From the NCBI GenBank assembly GCA_001780895.1, contig MFJJ01000014.1, positions 1 through 45,297 on the forward strand: a stretch of DNA of 45,297 nucleotides, in the 5' to 3' direction. The notes under the pieces were generated by a model. It did not search any database. It had not been told where the DNA came from and saw nothing but the letters and a program-made list of their open reading frames with translations. Shown here in pieces: positions 18,918-27,092 of the stretch (positions are counted from its first letter, which is position 1; every line of letters begins with the position of its first letter). Position numbers and translations under genes: made by a program. The stretch is from Candidatus Gottesmanbacteria bacterium RIFCSPHIGHO2_01_FULL_46_14 (GTDB lineage: Bacteria; Patescibacteriota; Microgenomatia; UBA10105; UBA927).

Positions 18918-19852
18918 AAAATACTCCCAGGCAACGATATTCCTACAAGTATAAGGAGTGCCGTAAAAAATAATATATGCGCGTGAGATCTCCCTGACAC
19001 CCGAACAATTCTTCTCTGATGGACAAACCACATATCCAGAGACAACAAACCAATGAGGAACCCGATAAAAATAAATGATATCCACTTATTGAGCGCTCCA
19101 AGATTGATCCAGGGATTCTGAACGACTTGCCCAAACTGGGCAAGGACAATCGGACCGAATGCAGAAGATCCCGCAGGTTCGTTGGTTGAAAATGCGACTT
19201 TCGTGATAGCGACCGGCTCCGTTGTGGGTTCCTGGGCAATAACTTCACGCACGAGGGGTTGCCGGACCGGAGCAGCCGCGACCGGCGCGCCGGCTGAAGC
19301 ACCAAACATTTGCACAACCAACGTGGTCTCTTCACCATTGAGCATGCCGTTGACGATTGCAAACCCGATATCTTTATAGCTGGGTTTTAACAGATTTTCT
19401 TTGTGAGACGTCGAAGCCATCCATGCATCAACGACACCACGGCTGTCGTTAAAATTTTTGGCGAGATTTTCGCCTGCGACCGTATATTTATACCCGGCGC
19501 CAACGATAAAGTCCCACGGAAGCTTCCCGTCCGGGCTCGTGTGTGCCCAATAATTTTTGGCAAACATGTCAGCTGCTTTGCCTGCCGCCGCTTGAGAGAG
19601 CTGGCCATTAAGCACGAGCGACGATAATCCCGCTTCCCGCCGCTTCTCATTGGTGAAAGACAATAACTGTTCAAGACGGATATCGGTCGCATACCCTAAC
19701 ACGTCCGGAATCCGCATAGTTCCAACCCACGTAACGATCTGGAACATCAAAAATGCGAATATATAGACGAGAAACGCATCAATATGGAGAGCTCGGGCAC
19801 GATGATTGTTCGTGTGGTGCGGCAAAAACGCGTGGACCAATAATGAAACCAT
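18914..19852 (-). CDS. CAP/SCP domain membrane protein
   Basis: TNEKR...GL..L..N..L..AA..KA.DM..NYWAH.SPDG, AGENLA, AWMAS.SHKENLL; N- and C-terminal TMs. Confidence 0.88.
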   Translation of the reverse strand: MVSLLVHAFLPHHTNNHRARALHIDAFLVYIFAFLMFQIVTWVGTMRIPDVLGYATDIRLEQLLSFTNEKRREAGLSSLVLNGQLSQAAAGKAADMFAKNYWAHTSPDGKLPWDFIVGAGYKYTVAGENLAKNFNDSRGVVDAWMASTSHKENLLKPSYKDIGFAIVNGMLNGEETTLVVQMFGASAGAPVAAAPVRQPLVREVIAQEPTTEPVAITKVAFSTNEPAGSSAFGPIVLAQFGQVVQNPWINLGALNKWISFIFIGFLIGLLSLDMWFVHQRRIVRVSGRSHAHILFFTALLILVGISLPGSIL

Positions 19853-19893
19853 ACTCCATTATGTACACGCACGGGGAAAAAATGCCAGTCGTG

Positions 19894-19913
19894 AAATCTA
19901 CTAAAATCTACTA
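19894..19913. repeat. Tandem direct repeat (AAATCTACTA)x2, intergenic
   Basis: AAATCTACTA at 19894-19903 and 19904-19913, upstream of the CAP gene. Confidence 0.55.
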
Positions 19914-19921
19914 ATGAAGAA

Positions 19922-20521
19922 TTAACTAATAAAAAAGAATGCATCAATCATTAAAATGATTTGAATCATTTTAATATTCGGCAGGAAAGCTGTAGATTCC
20001 TCTTCGGCAATAGCTGTAACGACGAAGCGCTTTTGATCAAAAAACCCCGTACAGGTATAGAGCGTAATTCTGCGATCGTCGGTTGAGGCAAGAATATGGG
20101 TTTGATCGGGTGTTACTTCCTGAGTGTACTCAACAATAAACATCCGGCGTTCTCCATTGTTAAAGCCAATACTGATCGTTGCACCCGGTTTAATCCTGGT
20201 TAATCTTCCTAAAATATTTGGCCAATTGTGACCATAGAGGATGCTATTTCCCCGGTCTCCCGGTCTCGGAGTATTGGCAAGATACACGACTCCACGATTA
20301 CTCATTGGCCATGTATTATCAATTAACTCTTCGGAAATAATAGAGAGCGCAAGACCGAGATCTTCAATTTCTATCGACGTCGGAACAATCTCGGTCCTAT
20401 CCTTCGTCGCTGGCAACACCATCGCATTAAAGGCGAGTCTCGTTGGGCTATACCGCTGCCATATGAGATACCCTGCAGCCAAAATTGAAATGACCCCAAG
20501 GAAAAAAAAGAATCGGCTCAT
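19922..20521 (-). CDS. Sortase-family transpeptidase
   Basis: N-terminal TM; PGDRGNSILYGHN (His), RITLYTCTG (Cys), KRFVV (Arg). Confidence 0.88.
   Translation of the reverse strand: MSRFFFFLGVISILAAGYLIWQRYSPTRLAFNAMVLPATKDRTEIVPTSIEIEDLGLALSIISEELIDNTWPMSNRGVVYLANTPRPGDRGNSILYGHNWPNILGRLTRIKPGATISIGFNNGERRMFIVEYTQEVTPDQTHILASTDDRRITLYTCTGFFDQKRFVVTAIAEEESTAFLPNIKMIQIILMIDAFFFIS
19952..19973. promoter_or_regulatory. 22-bp palindrome copy 3 (reverse orientation, arms extend to 12 bp)
   Basis: ATTAAAATGATT-TG-AATCATTTTAAT at 19950-19975; lies in the sortase 3' tail, about 100 bp upstream of the CAP gene start. Confidence 0.7.
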
Positions 20522-21060
20522 GAATTTTTTCTAAGAAGAACGCTCAAAAAAACCGAGGCAACACCAAAACCAGCGAGTGCATAGATCGTGAGAATATTGC
20601 CAGTTGTCGCAAGCCCCAACACATCTCCACCAGTTCCTGTGGAAGCTGCTAATATTTGTCCTCTACCCTGACAACTATATGAATTATTAAACGCTAGCCA
20701 TTCTCCTTCGGTGAGTCCCCAGAGCGCTCCGTTTGGCACAGATATCCACCCCTGATTTTTGAGAACCTGAATTTCGGCTTCGGTAAGAGAGGCTGCGTGC
20801 CACCAGTTGGTTTGTGTGCCGTCTCCATTATCCGCACAGAAACACTGCGTTGTGGTCCCTTCTGAAAGCGTATAGACCGTATCGCTTCCCATAAACGTCC
20901 CTCCGTTGCCCACAATACCATGTGTGCCTTCGCTGTAGCTTACCTTGACTGATCCCTGGGGATTAGAACAACTGGGGAAACTGGGCACGGTTTGGGCATA
21001 CGCCTTGGGCGTAATGGTGCCAACCAGAAGAAGCAAACTACCGAGAATTCCTGCCCTCAT
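20518..21060 (-). CDS. Secreted Cys-containing protein with LPXTG-like sorting signal (LATTG + TM + basic tail)
   Basis: Signal peptide MRAGILGSLLLLVG...AYA; C-terminus GDVLG-LATTG-NILTIYALAGFGVASVFLSVLL-RKNS; ATGA overlap with the sortase gene. Confidence 0.75.
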   Translation of the reverse strand: MRAGILGSLLLLVGTITPKAYAQTVPSFPSCSNPQGSVKVSYSEGTHGIVGNGGTFMGSDTVYTLSEGTTTQCFCADNGDGTQTNWWHAASLTEAEIQVLKNQGWISVPNGALWGLTEGEWLAFNNSYSCQGRGQILAASTGTGGDVLGLATTGNILTIYALAGFGVASVFLSVLLRKNS

Positions 21061-21068
21061 ATTTATTG

Positions 21069-22322
21069 TTATAGGATTATAACACGGCCAGTCAATCGGT
21101 GCAAGAATTTCTGGATTTTGAACCAAAACGACTCCTCTCGCTTAACTAGTGGCACAGTTATCTCTTGATTACCATCCCCGGCCTGCACCTGCTTTGTATC
21201 ATATCCCGGCGCTTGCACCGATATTGTGACTCTTTCGTCTAGGTACGGCAATACAAATTTTCCATCCCGTCCGCTGGTTGCGTAACGGTATGTGCTCGAA
21301 ATAATAGATTGTGCTATAGGTTGTCTAATTTCGTTGAGAATCGTTCCCCGAACGATTTTTGGTGTAAAAAAGAGCTTGAGCACTTGTACTGCAAGTCTGG
21401 CTTTACCGTCCCCTTCCCAAAGACGGGTTGATCCGCCGACACTGGTCCAATAGTTGATACCGATGACTTCAGGCACACCTGAAACTGCCCTAAGCGCTTC
21501 TCCTATCCATGCAGCTTGGGCTTCCTCGTTCATATTCCCATGGAGATCGGGTATTGGTACACCGAACTCACCGAGCACAATTTGGCCTCCACTCTGCTTG
21601 GCAAGCGCTATGATGTCTTCTTTGAGTTGCTTGGGACTGGCTACATAATGGTCTACGACAACCACACCGCCAAGTGCCTTCGTTGTCTCCGGATCCATAA
21701 TGAGCCGGGCTACATCACCATTCATCGAGAATAATCCCGACTCCACATTTTTACCTATCGCACTAAATCCATCCTTGGCAACCTGATGCAGCTCTTTCAG
21801 AAATACTTTGTGGCCCGCAACATCACCATTTCGCCTAGGGTCACCAGGACCGCCGTTTTCACACTCAGGACAAGGGGTAAAAATATCGCCATCGGCAAAT
21901 AAATCAGCATGGTTTCTTATAAACTCGGCAGTCTTTATCTTGTGCTCATCCCGGCTGATAGAAGCATATCCAAACCACTTCTCCCACCCGGAAAAGTTCC
22001 CGCGAAACCATACATTGAGACCGTACCTTCTGGCCGCACTCACCCAACGCTTCATGATTGGAACAAATTCCTCATCGTAGGGTGTGCCGATTGCTACATG
22101 CGTTGCCCCCGTCTCGGCAATTTGGCGCACTTGCCCGTCTATGACACGGTCATACGAGGGATCCTTGAGCTTCTCACGGCTTGGGTCTCGCGAATACTTC
22201 ATCGTATCAATTGACTGTATCACCCACCACGTTGATGCTTGCTCTTTCGCATTCGGTTTGCTGAACGCAAATGCAGCTATTCCTAAGACGGCACATACAG
22301 TGATGAATCGTTTTATACGCAT
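21069..22322 (-). CDS. Secreted glycoside-hydrolase-like TIM-barrel protein with C-terminal carboxypeptidase-regulatory-like beta domain
   Basis: Signal/anchor; CPECENG and IVLGEFG resemble clan GH-A acid/base and nucleophile motifs; GINYW; C-terminal VRGTI...G.F.L....ISVQAPGY; start placed at ATG 22322. Confidence 0.6.
   Translation of the reverse strand: MRIKRFITVCAVLGIAAFAFSKPNAKEQASTWWVIQSIDTMKYSRDPSREKLKDPSYDRVIDGQVRQIAETGATHVAIGTPYDEEFVPIMKRWVSAARRYGLNVWFRGNFSGWEKWFGYASISRDEHKIKTAEFIRNHADLFADGDIFTPCPECENGGPGDPRRNGDVAGHKVFLKELHQVAKDGFSAIGKNVESGLFSMNGDVARLIMDPETTKALGGVVVVDHYVASPKQLKEDIIALAKQSGGQIVLGEFGVPIPDLHGNMNEEAQAAWIGEALRAVSGVPEVIGINYWTSVGGSTRLWEGDGKARLAVQVLKLFFTPKIVRGTILNEIRQPIAQSIISSTYRYATSGRDGKFVLPYLDERVTISVQAPGYDTKQVQAGDGNQEITVPLVKREESFWFKIQKFLHRLTGRVIIL
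21076..21104 (-). promoter_or_regulatory. Internal sigma70-type promoter for the LATTG protein and sortase
   Basis: Minus strand TTGCAC (21104-21099), 17 nt, TATAAT (21081-21076), with extended -10 TGn. Confidence 0.6.
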
Positions 22323-22326
22323 AGGT

Positions 22327-23952
22327 TTATTTATGTTGTTTAAGGACGGGTTCTGTTTGGAGGGCTGGTAGCCACTCTGGGTGCAACTCATACACATCAG
22401 CGAATGGGTACTCTGCAACGCGTGTATACCGCTCAAGAAACGTAGGGACCACAGAAACTGCTTTCCAGGTAAGATCATTAACGTCATTTGTCCGCATCAC
22501 AATCCACCGAGCCCAACGATCAGGAGAAGTTGTTGCGCTTTCCCAATATGCTCCGGTTCCTTCATGGATAAAGCGCTTCATAGGAAGCCCCGAGGAAAAA
22601 ATAATTGCGTCATGGGACGCTGCAGAAATAAGAATGAATCCTTTCTCGCCTGTTGCATGCTCCTTGAGATACCCGGATACTTCCGATACATTCTTCTGGC
22701 TCGACCCAACTCTTGCATCATCAATCGTCACGGCATCTCCGTTGGCAAAGGCAAAAAAGAGCACGAACGTCAATAGTCCGATGATGACCCACCGCAGAGT
22801 CGCTGCACGATGGACAAGATACCCGATAAATATTGCAATCGACGGCATCATCATCACCCCGTATCGGGCATTAAACCATGTGTCCCCATTGATCCCCTGA
22901 ATAAAGAGAACTGAATGACCCAAATACAAAGCCAAAATATTAAAGAAAAATGGTGCAAAGAGCGCGGTACTCGCAATACGAACACCTGCCGGGATTTTCT
23001 TATCCGACCAGAGAACAACAGCACCAATCGCTCCCATAATAACTTGATACATGTAGGAGTTAAAAATAAGTGCGTACATATAGGTCTGAAATGAGAGCCA
23101 GAAATTTCCCTTTGTAATGAGATTGCCGGCTTGCTCTAGCTGTGCCTGTTGAGCACGGGCTGAAAAGGGGCCCAGAGCAAAGTAGAGAGGATCTTTGAAA
23201 ATCAGAAGGTTCCATAAAAGCCAGAGGGCGATCCCAAACGCAGCAAGCGTTCCAAAAAGAATCACCGTGCCTTCGGCCGTCTTATACCCACGCGTTCGAA
23301 TGGTACGGAAGAGAATCAGCCCTGACGCGACAAAAAGAAGAAACCATCCTTCATAGCGAACGAGGGTTGATAACATAATAAAGAATGCGGCATGGACGAG
23401 AGAAATAATAGAATTATCCCGGTGCCAGGAAACGAGCTTATAAATACCTACAGTCATCGTGGCAAGCAGCAGAAGCTCTGTCATTGCCGTTGACTGGAGA
23501 TACAGGACGTTGATATTTGCCACAAATACGACAACACCAAAAACGCTTCCCAACACACCGACGCCGAGTCGTTTTAAAAACAAATAGATGACGATTCCCG
23601 TTGCAACGAAGGAAACCATCGACAGCAGTGCGCCGGCAAGTCCCGAGTGCCACATAAAGTCATTCCAGATCGTCGGTACCATCAAAAGATGCGGCAGCGG
23701 TAACCACACCGATCCCAACTGTGCCAACCCCGGCTTTAGTCCTTCCACAACGCGTCTTCCGATGTCCAAATGCGACCTGGCATCGTTGTAGGCAAGTCCA
23801 AGTCCGTTGTTCAAATGCTGGACAAAGGTAAGCACGGATATTGCAACAAGCAACCCAAGGAGCAAAGGCAGTGCAAATCTCTCTATATACCCGTGCATTG
23901 ACTGAAGTCTGCGATTATCAATGCTAAATTCCAAGGTAAAAATATTTTTCAT
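22327..23952 (-). CDS. GT-C glycosyltransferase (ArnT/PMT-like)
   Basis: LAYNDARSHLDIGRR, GSVWLPLPH, YLQSTAMTE, TLVRYEGW, FNARYG; many TMs plus a C-terminal soluble domain. Confidence 0.75.
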   Translation of the reverse strand: MKNIFTLEFSIDNRRLQSMHGYIERFALPLLLGLLVAISVLTFVQHLNNGLGLAYNDARSHLDIGRRVVEGLKPGLAQLGSVWLPLPHLLMVPTIWNDFMWHSGLAGALLSMVSFVATGIVIYLFLKRLGVGVLGSVFGVVVFVANINVLYLQSTAMTELLLLATMTVGIYKLVSWHRDNSIISLVHAAFFIMLSTLVRYEGWFLLFVASGLILFRTIRTRGYKTAEGTVILFGTLAAFGIALWLLWNLLIFKDPLYFALGPFSARAQQAQLEQAGNLITKGNFWLSFQTYMYALIFNSYMYQVIMGAIGAVVLWSDKKIPAGVRIASTALFAPFFFNILALYLGHSVLFIQGINGDTWFNARYGVMMMPSIAIFIGYLVHRAATLRWVIIGLLTFVLFFAFANGDAVTIDDARVGSSQKNVSEVSGYLKEHATGEKGFILISAASHDAIIFSSGLPMKRFIHEGTGAYWESATTSPDRWARWIVMRTNDVNDLTWKAVSVVPTFLERYTRVAEYPFADVYELHPEWLPALQTEPVLKQHK

Positions 23953-25514
23953 AGGTGCGTTTTTTTATTACCTCTTGTATACAAAAAGGCAAAATGAAAA
24001 CACAAAATAACCGCGATAAATATTGTTACGTATTGATAGTAATCCCAAGAACTCATGTATTTATATCCAATATCGTTATAGACAAATGCTTTGAGTTTGC
24101 CCGCATTAACAAATTGCGCATTTCTATCCCATGAATAAAGCTCGGGCTTACCCGATGCCTGCTCGAGTGCCAATATTTCAGATTGCGGCGGATTCCTATT
24201 TGAAGAAATTGCTCCGAGGGTATTGACTGCAATGGAATAAAATGAAACGAATAAAAATACAATGAGAAACGGAATATTTCTTCGGAGATAACTCAATGCT
24301 GCTCCGATCCATATCGACAGCATTGCAAACGTTGGGATAAGATAACGTCCCCCGAAAGCCCACCCTCCCGCAGGATCTCCCCACATTGAGTAAAGAACCA
24401 TATTTGCTCCCAAAATCGCTACCATCAAAGGAACATGGGGATTTTTTTGTTTATAAAGTATAATTACCCCAACAATTCCAAACAACATGACTGGAGCAAA
24501 GTACAAAAGACCCCGATCTCTGCTCACCGTTAGAATGGAAAATCCTCTCAGAAAGTTTCTCGATTGGAAAAAGGCCGTCGCAACTCTGTTTTCTGCTGTA
24601 GACGTAACAATACCTGCAGCCCTGTCGCTTTGCGCGTCTTCTATAAGTGTTCCGTCGGGATTGAGCGCTTTTACCTGTTTTAATGAACTTAAAAGCGTCA
24701 GAGGACTACCATAAGCGGCATTGTTGTACCAGAAGAAAAACACGAGAGGAGCGACCACTCCGACCACTGCCAATCCCGCCAACAGTCGAATTTGCACCAC
24801 TATTTTATCGTTGCTGGTCACTATCTTTATGGTCTCAAGTGCAGCGACAATTGCGAGCGGCATCATCATGATGATGTTTGGATAATCAAGAGGAAGTCCC
24901 AGTCCGATAGCAAGCCACACAAAAAACAGCCGCAACCAACTCCTATTCCCGACAAGCAACCAAAGGCTCACCAAAATTAAAAATAATGAAACATGATGTT
25001 GATAGAGCGATGATGCATATGCAAACGCCGGCGTACCGAACAGGAATAGGGCTGCTCCGATGGACGCTGCGACCGGATTTGCTCCCATTCGTATGGTTAT
25101 CGAGCGAATAAGCAACGTATTAAAAAGTGCAAACAAAGCAATTATCGCGTACGCCCCAACCTGTCCGTAACCAAACAGTCTTCCCAAGAGATATCCCGGA
25201 ACTATTAGAAATGACAATAGGGGAGCAAAAAGCGACACGAACTTTCCGTTCTTATACCCAAGATCCGGCGTAGAAAACTGCACAATGGAATGAGTGAATT
25301 CAACCGACTGATTCTCAATAAGCGATAACGTCAGTGCAAAACGCCCCCGCTCCGGAGATAATTCAAACGGTCCCTCATCTCCCCACTGTGACTCATTAAC
25401 CGTCTCGCTCGTCGGCGTCCCCGGAATTCCCCGTATCGAAACCGTCAAAACACTCACAATGAAAACAATAAACAATGCAATACCGAGCCTACTAAATAAT
25501 TTATAGTTTTTCAT
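23949..25514 (-). CDS. GT-C-like polytopic membrane protein
   Basis: SPERGRFALT.S, PDLGY..G.F.S.FAP, GTPAFAYA, RGLLYFAP, GGWAFGGRYLIP. Confidence 0.7.
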   Translation of the reverse strand: MKNYKLFSRLGIALFIVFIVSVLTVSIRGIPGTPTSETVNESQWGDEGPFELSPERGRFALTLSLIENQSVEFTHSIVQFSTPDLGYKNGKFVSLFAPLLSFLIVPGYLLGRLFGYGQVGAYAIIALFALFNTLLIRSITIRMGANPVAASIGAALFLFGTPAFAYASSLYQHHVSLFLILVSLWLLVGNRSWLRLFFVWLAIGLGLPLDYPNIIMMMPLAIVAALETIKIVTSNDKIVVQIRLLAGLAVVGVVAPLVFFFWYNNAAYGSPLTLLSSLKQVKALNPDGTLIEDAQSDRAAGIVTSTAENRVATAFFQSRNFLRGFSILTVSRDRGLLYFAPVMLFGIVGVIILYKQKNPHVPLMVAILGANMVLYSMWGDPAGGWAFGGRYLIPTFAMLSIWIGAALSYLRRNIPFLIVFLFVSFYSIAVNTLGAISSNRNPPQSEILALEQASGKPELYSWDRNAQFVNAGKLKAFVYNDIGYKYMSSWDYYQYVTIFIAVILCFHFAFLYTRGNKKTHL

Positions 25515-26452
25515 ACTCTCGATAATTTTTGACCTTTATACAACACAACTCGTTTAGACGATTGCGAGATCGAAAAGCGTGATTTATATGTATGTTCATT
25601 ACTGTATACAATGCGAATAAAGAGAGTAATGACAATATAGGCAGGAGTTGAAAACGGGTTTCTTTTTAAGTACCTCAATAATGTTTTTAAAAAAATGGAA
25701 CGAGGTATCCTATATGCTTTGTCTATAAATTCACTTCCAAATATTTCCTTAAGTTTTTTTATTCCTGCTACGAATCTCGTACTCTGTTTTACATGTCCAT
25801 CAAAAAATTGTGGCGATCGAAAAAATACTCCCGCTTTATTCGCATAAACAAACGAAAATCCCTTTGTCTTGCATAAAAAATAAGAGTACGCATCCTCTGG
25901 ACAATCATCTACCCAACGCAGTAATTTGTAAAATGGCTTAGAAAATGCCCTTGCTCTTCCGTGACATAGATAAACGTTATTGCCATCCCGTATTAGTTTG
26001 TATATATGCTGTTTCATGTAGTGACTATTTGTGATAACTCGTTCAAGTATTGTTTGCGAGGGAAGCGGTACTGTTGAAGCACCAACAAGTCCAACCGCTC
26101 GATTACTACGAATAGGTTGCGTTATTCTATCCAAAAAATCAGACTCAACTGGTACAACATCCGCATCCAACACAACTAAAATATCCCCAAGTACGTGCGT
26201 CAATATTTCATTTTCTGTACGTACGACTCCTAGTCTCTTTTTTCTATCAATGACTTTAATTCGACTATCTCTAAACGACCTGACGCGACAGACAGTAGAG
26301 TCAGTGCTTCCATCAGAAATAACAACGATTTCACTGAGTCTCGTTTCCGTCGAGGTATCCGATAGTAAAGCCTTCAATAGGTGTTCTATGTTTGCTTCTT
26401 CGTTATACGCGGGAATACCAATGCTAACAGTTATTATTTTTTTATTTTCCAT
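25511..26452 (-). CDS. GT2 glycosyltransferase
   Basis: IGIPAYNEE, SDGSTD, VLDADV, PEDAY, QSTRF. Confidence 0.85.
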   Translation of the reverse strand: MENKKIITVSIGIPAYNEEANIEHLLKALLSDTSTETRLSEIVVISDGSTDSTVCRVRSFRDSRIKVIDRKKRLGVVRTENEILTHVLGDILVVLDADVVPVESDFLDRITQPIRSNRAVGLVGASTVPLPSQTILERVITNSHYMKQHIYKLIRDGNNVYLCHGRARAFSKPFYKLLRWVDDCPEDAYSYFLCKTKGFSFVYANKAGVFFRSPQFFDGHVKQSTRFVAGIKKLKEIFGSEFIDKAYRIPRSIFLKTLLRYLKRNPFSTPAYIVITLFIRIVYSNEHTYKSRFSISQSSKRVVLYKGQKLSRV

Positions 26453-27092
26453 ATCTTTTGCTTTGCAACAAGTAAAAATGATGATACGGATTTGCTTGAA
26501 GTCTCATATCAAACAAAACATTAAAACGAGAGTGCAATAATAAATCTCTGAATTTCCTCTCGCTAATTCCACTAGTACCAAGCTCCCAATAATGTTGACC
26601 GTCAAAAGCATGAGGCAGATGATAGAAAGGCAAAGAGATAATTCCTCTAAGTTGAGGCAGTAAAGATGCTTTTATAGCATAAGAAAAATGTATTCCCTTC
26701 TGTGGAATTGATAAAACTACGAATTTTGCTATTATTGATAGTCGCTTGAGACTTATGGCAGAATCCTTATATTTTATGTGTTCCAATACTTCGCAACACA
26801 CTACGCAATCGTACGTACGCCCTTTCGGAACATTCGGTAACACTTTGACAATGTCGGGCCTAAGTTTCCTATCAATATCCATCGTTATTACTTTATGACC
26901 AAGGTGTTTTAAGATAGCTGTAATGATTCCGTTTCCTATACCTATCTCAAGTATTGTTATTTTTTTCTTTCCGAGTTTGCGCGCAACATCGCTTACCATA
27001 CGGATTTGGTAATAATAAGAATGCCACCTCTGTTCATCGACGTAGCGATTGAATTCATAATGCGATTCATCTACTTGTTTTTTATATTTCAT
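26442..27092 (-). CDS. Class I SAM-dependent methyltransferase
   Basis: ILEIGIGNG (motif I), MDID, YDCVVCCEVLEH, HYWELG. Confidence 0.85.
   Translation of the reverse strand: MKYKKQVDESHYEFNRYVDEQRWHSYYYQIRMVSDVARKLGKKKITILEIGIGNGIITAILKHLGHKVITMDIDRKLRPDIVKVLPNVPKGRTYDCVVCCEVLEHIKYKDSAISLKRLSIIAKFVVLSIPQKGIHFSYAIKASLLPQLRGIISLPFYHLPHAFDGQHYWELGTSGISERKFRDLLLHSRFNVLFDMRLQANPYHHFYLLQSKRYGK

Noticed and set aside
19894..19914. AAATCTACTA repeats resemble part of a Cas12a-type CRISPR repeat
   Set aside because: Only two abutting 10-mers, with no spacers and no cas genes.
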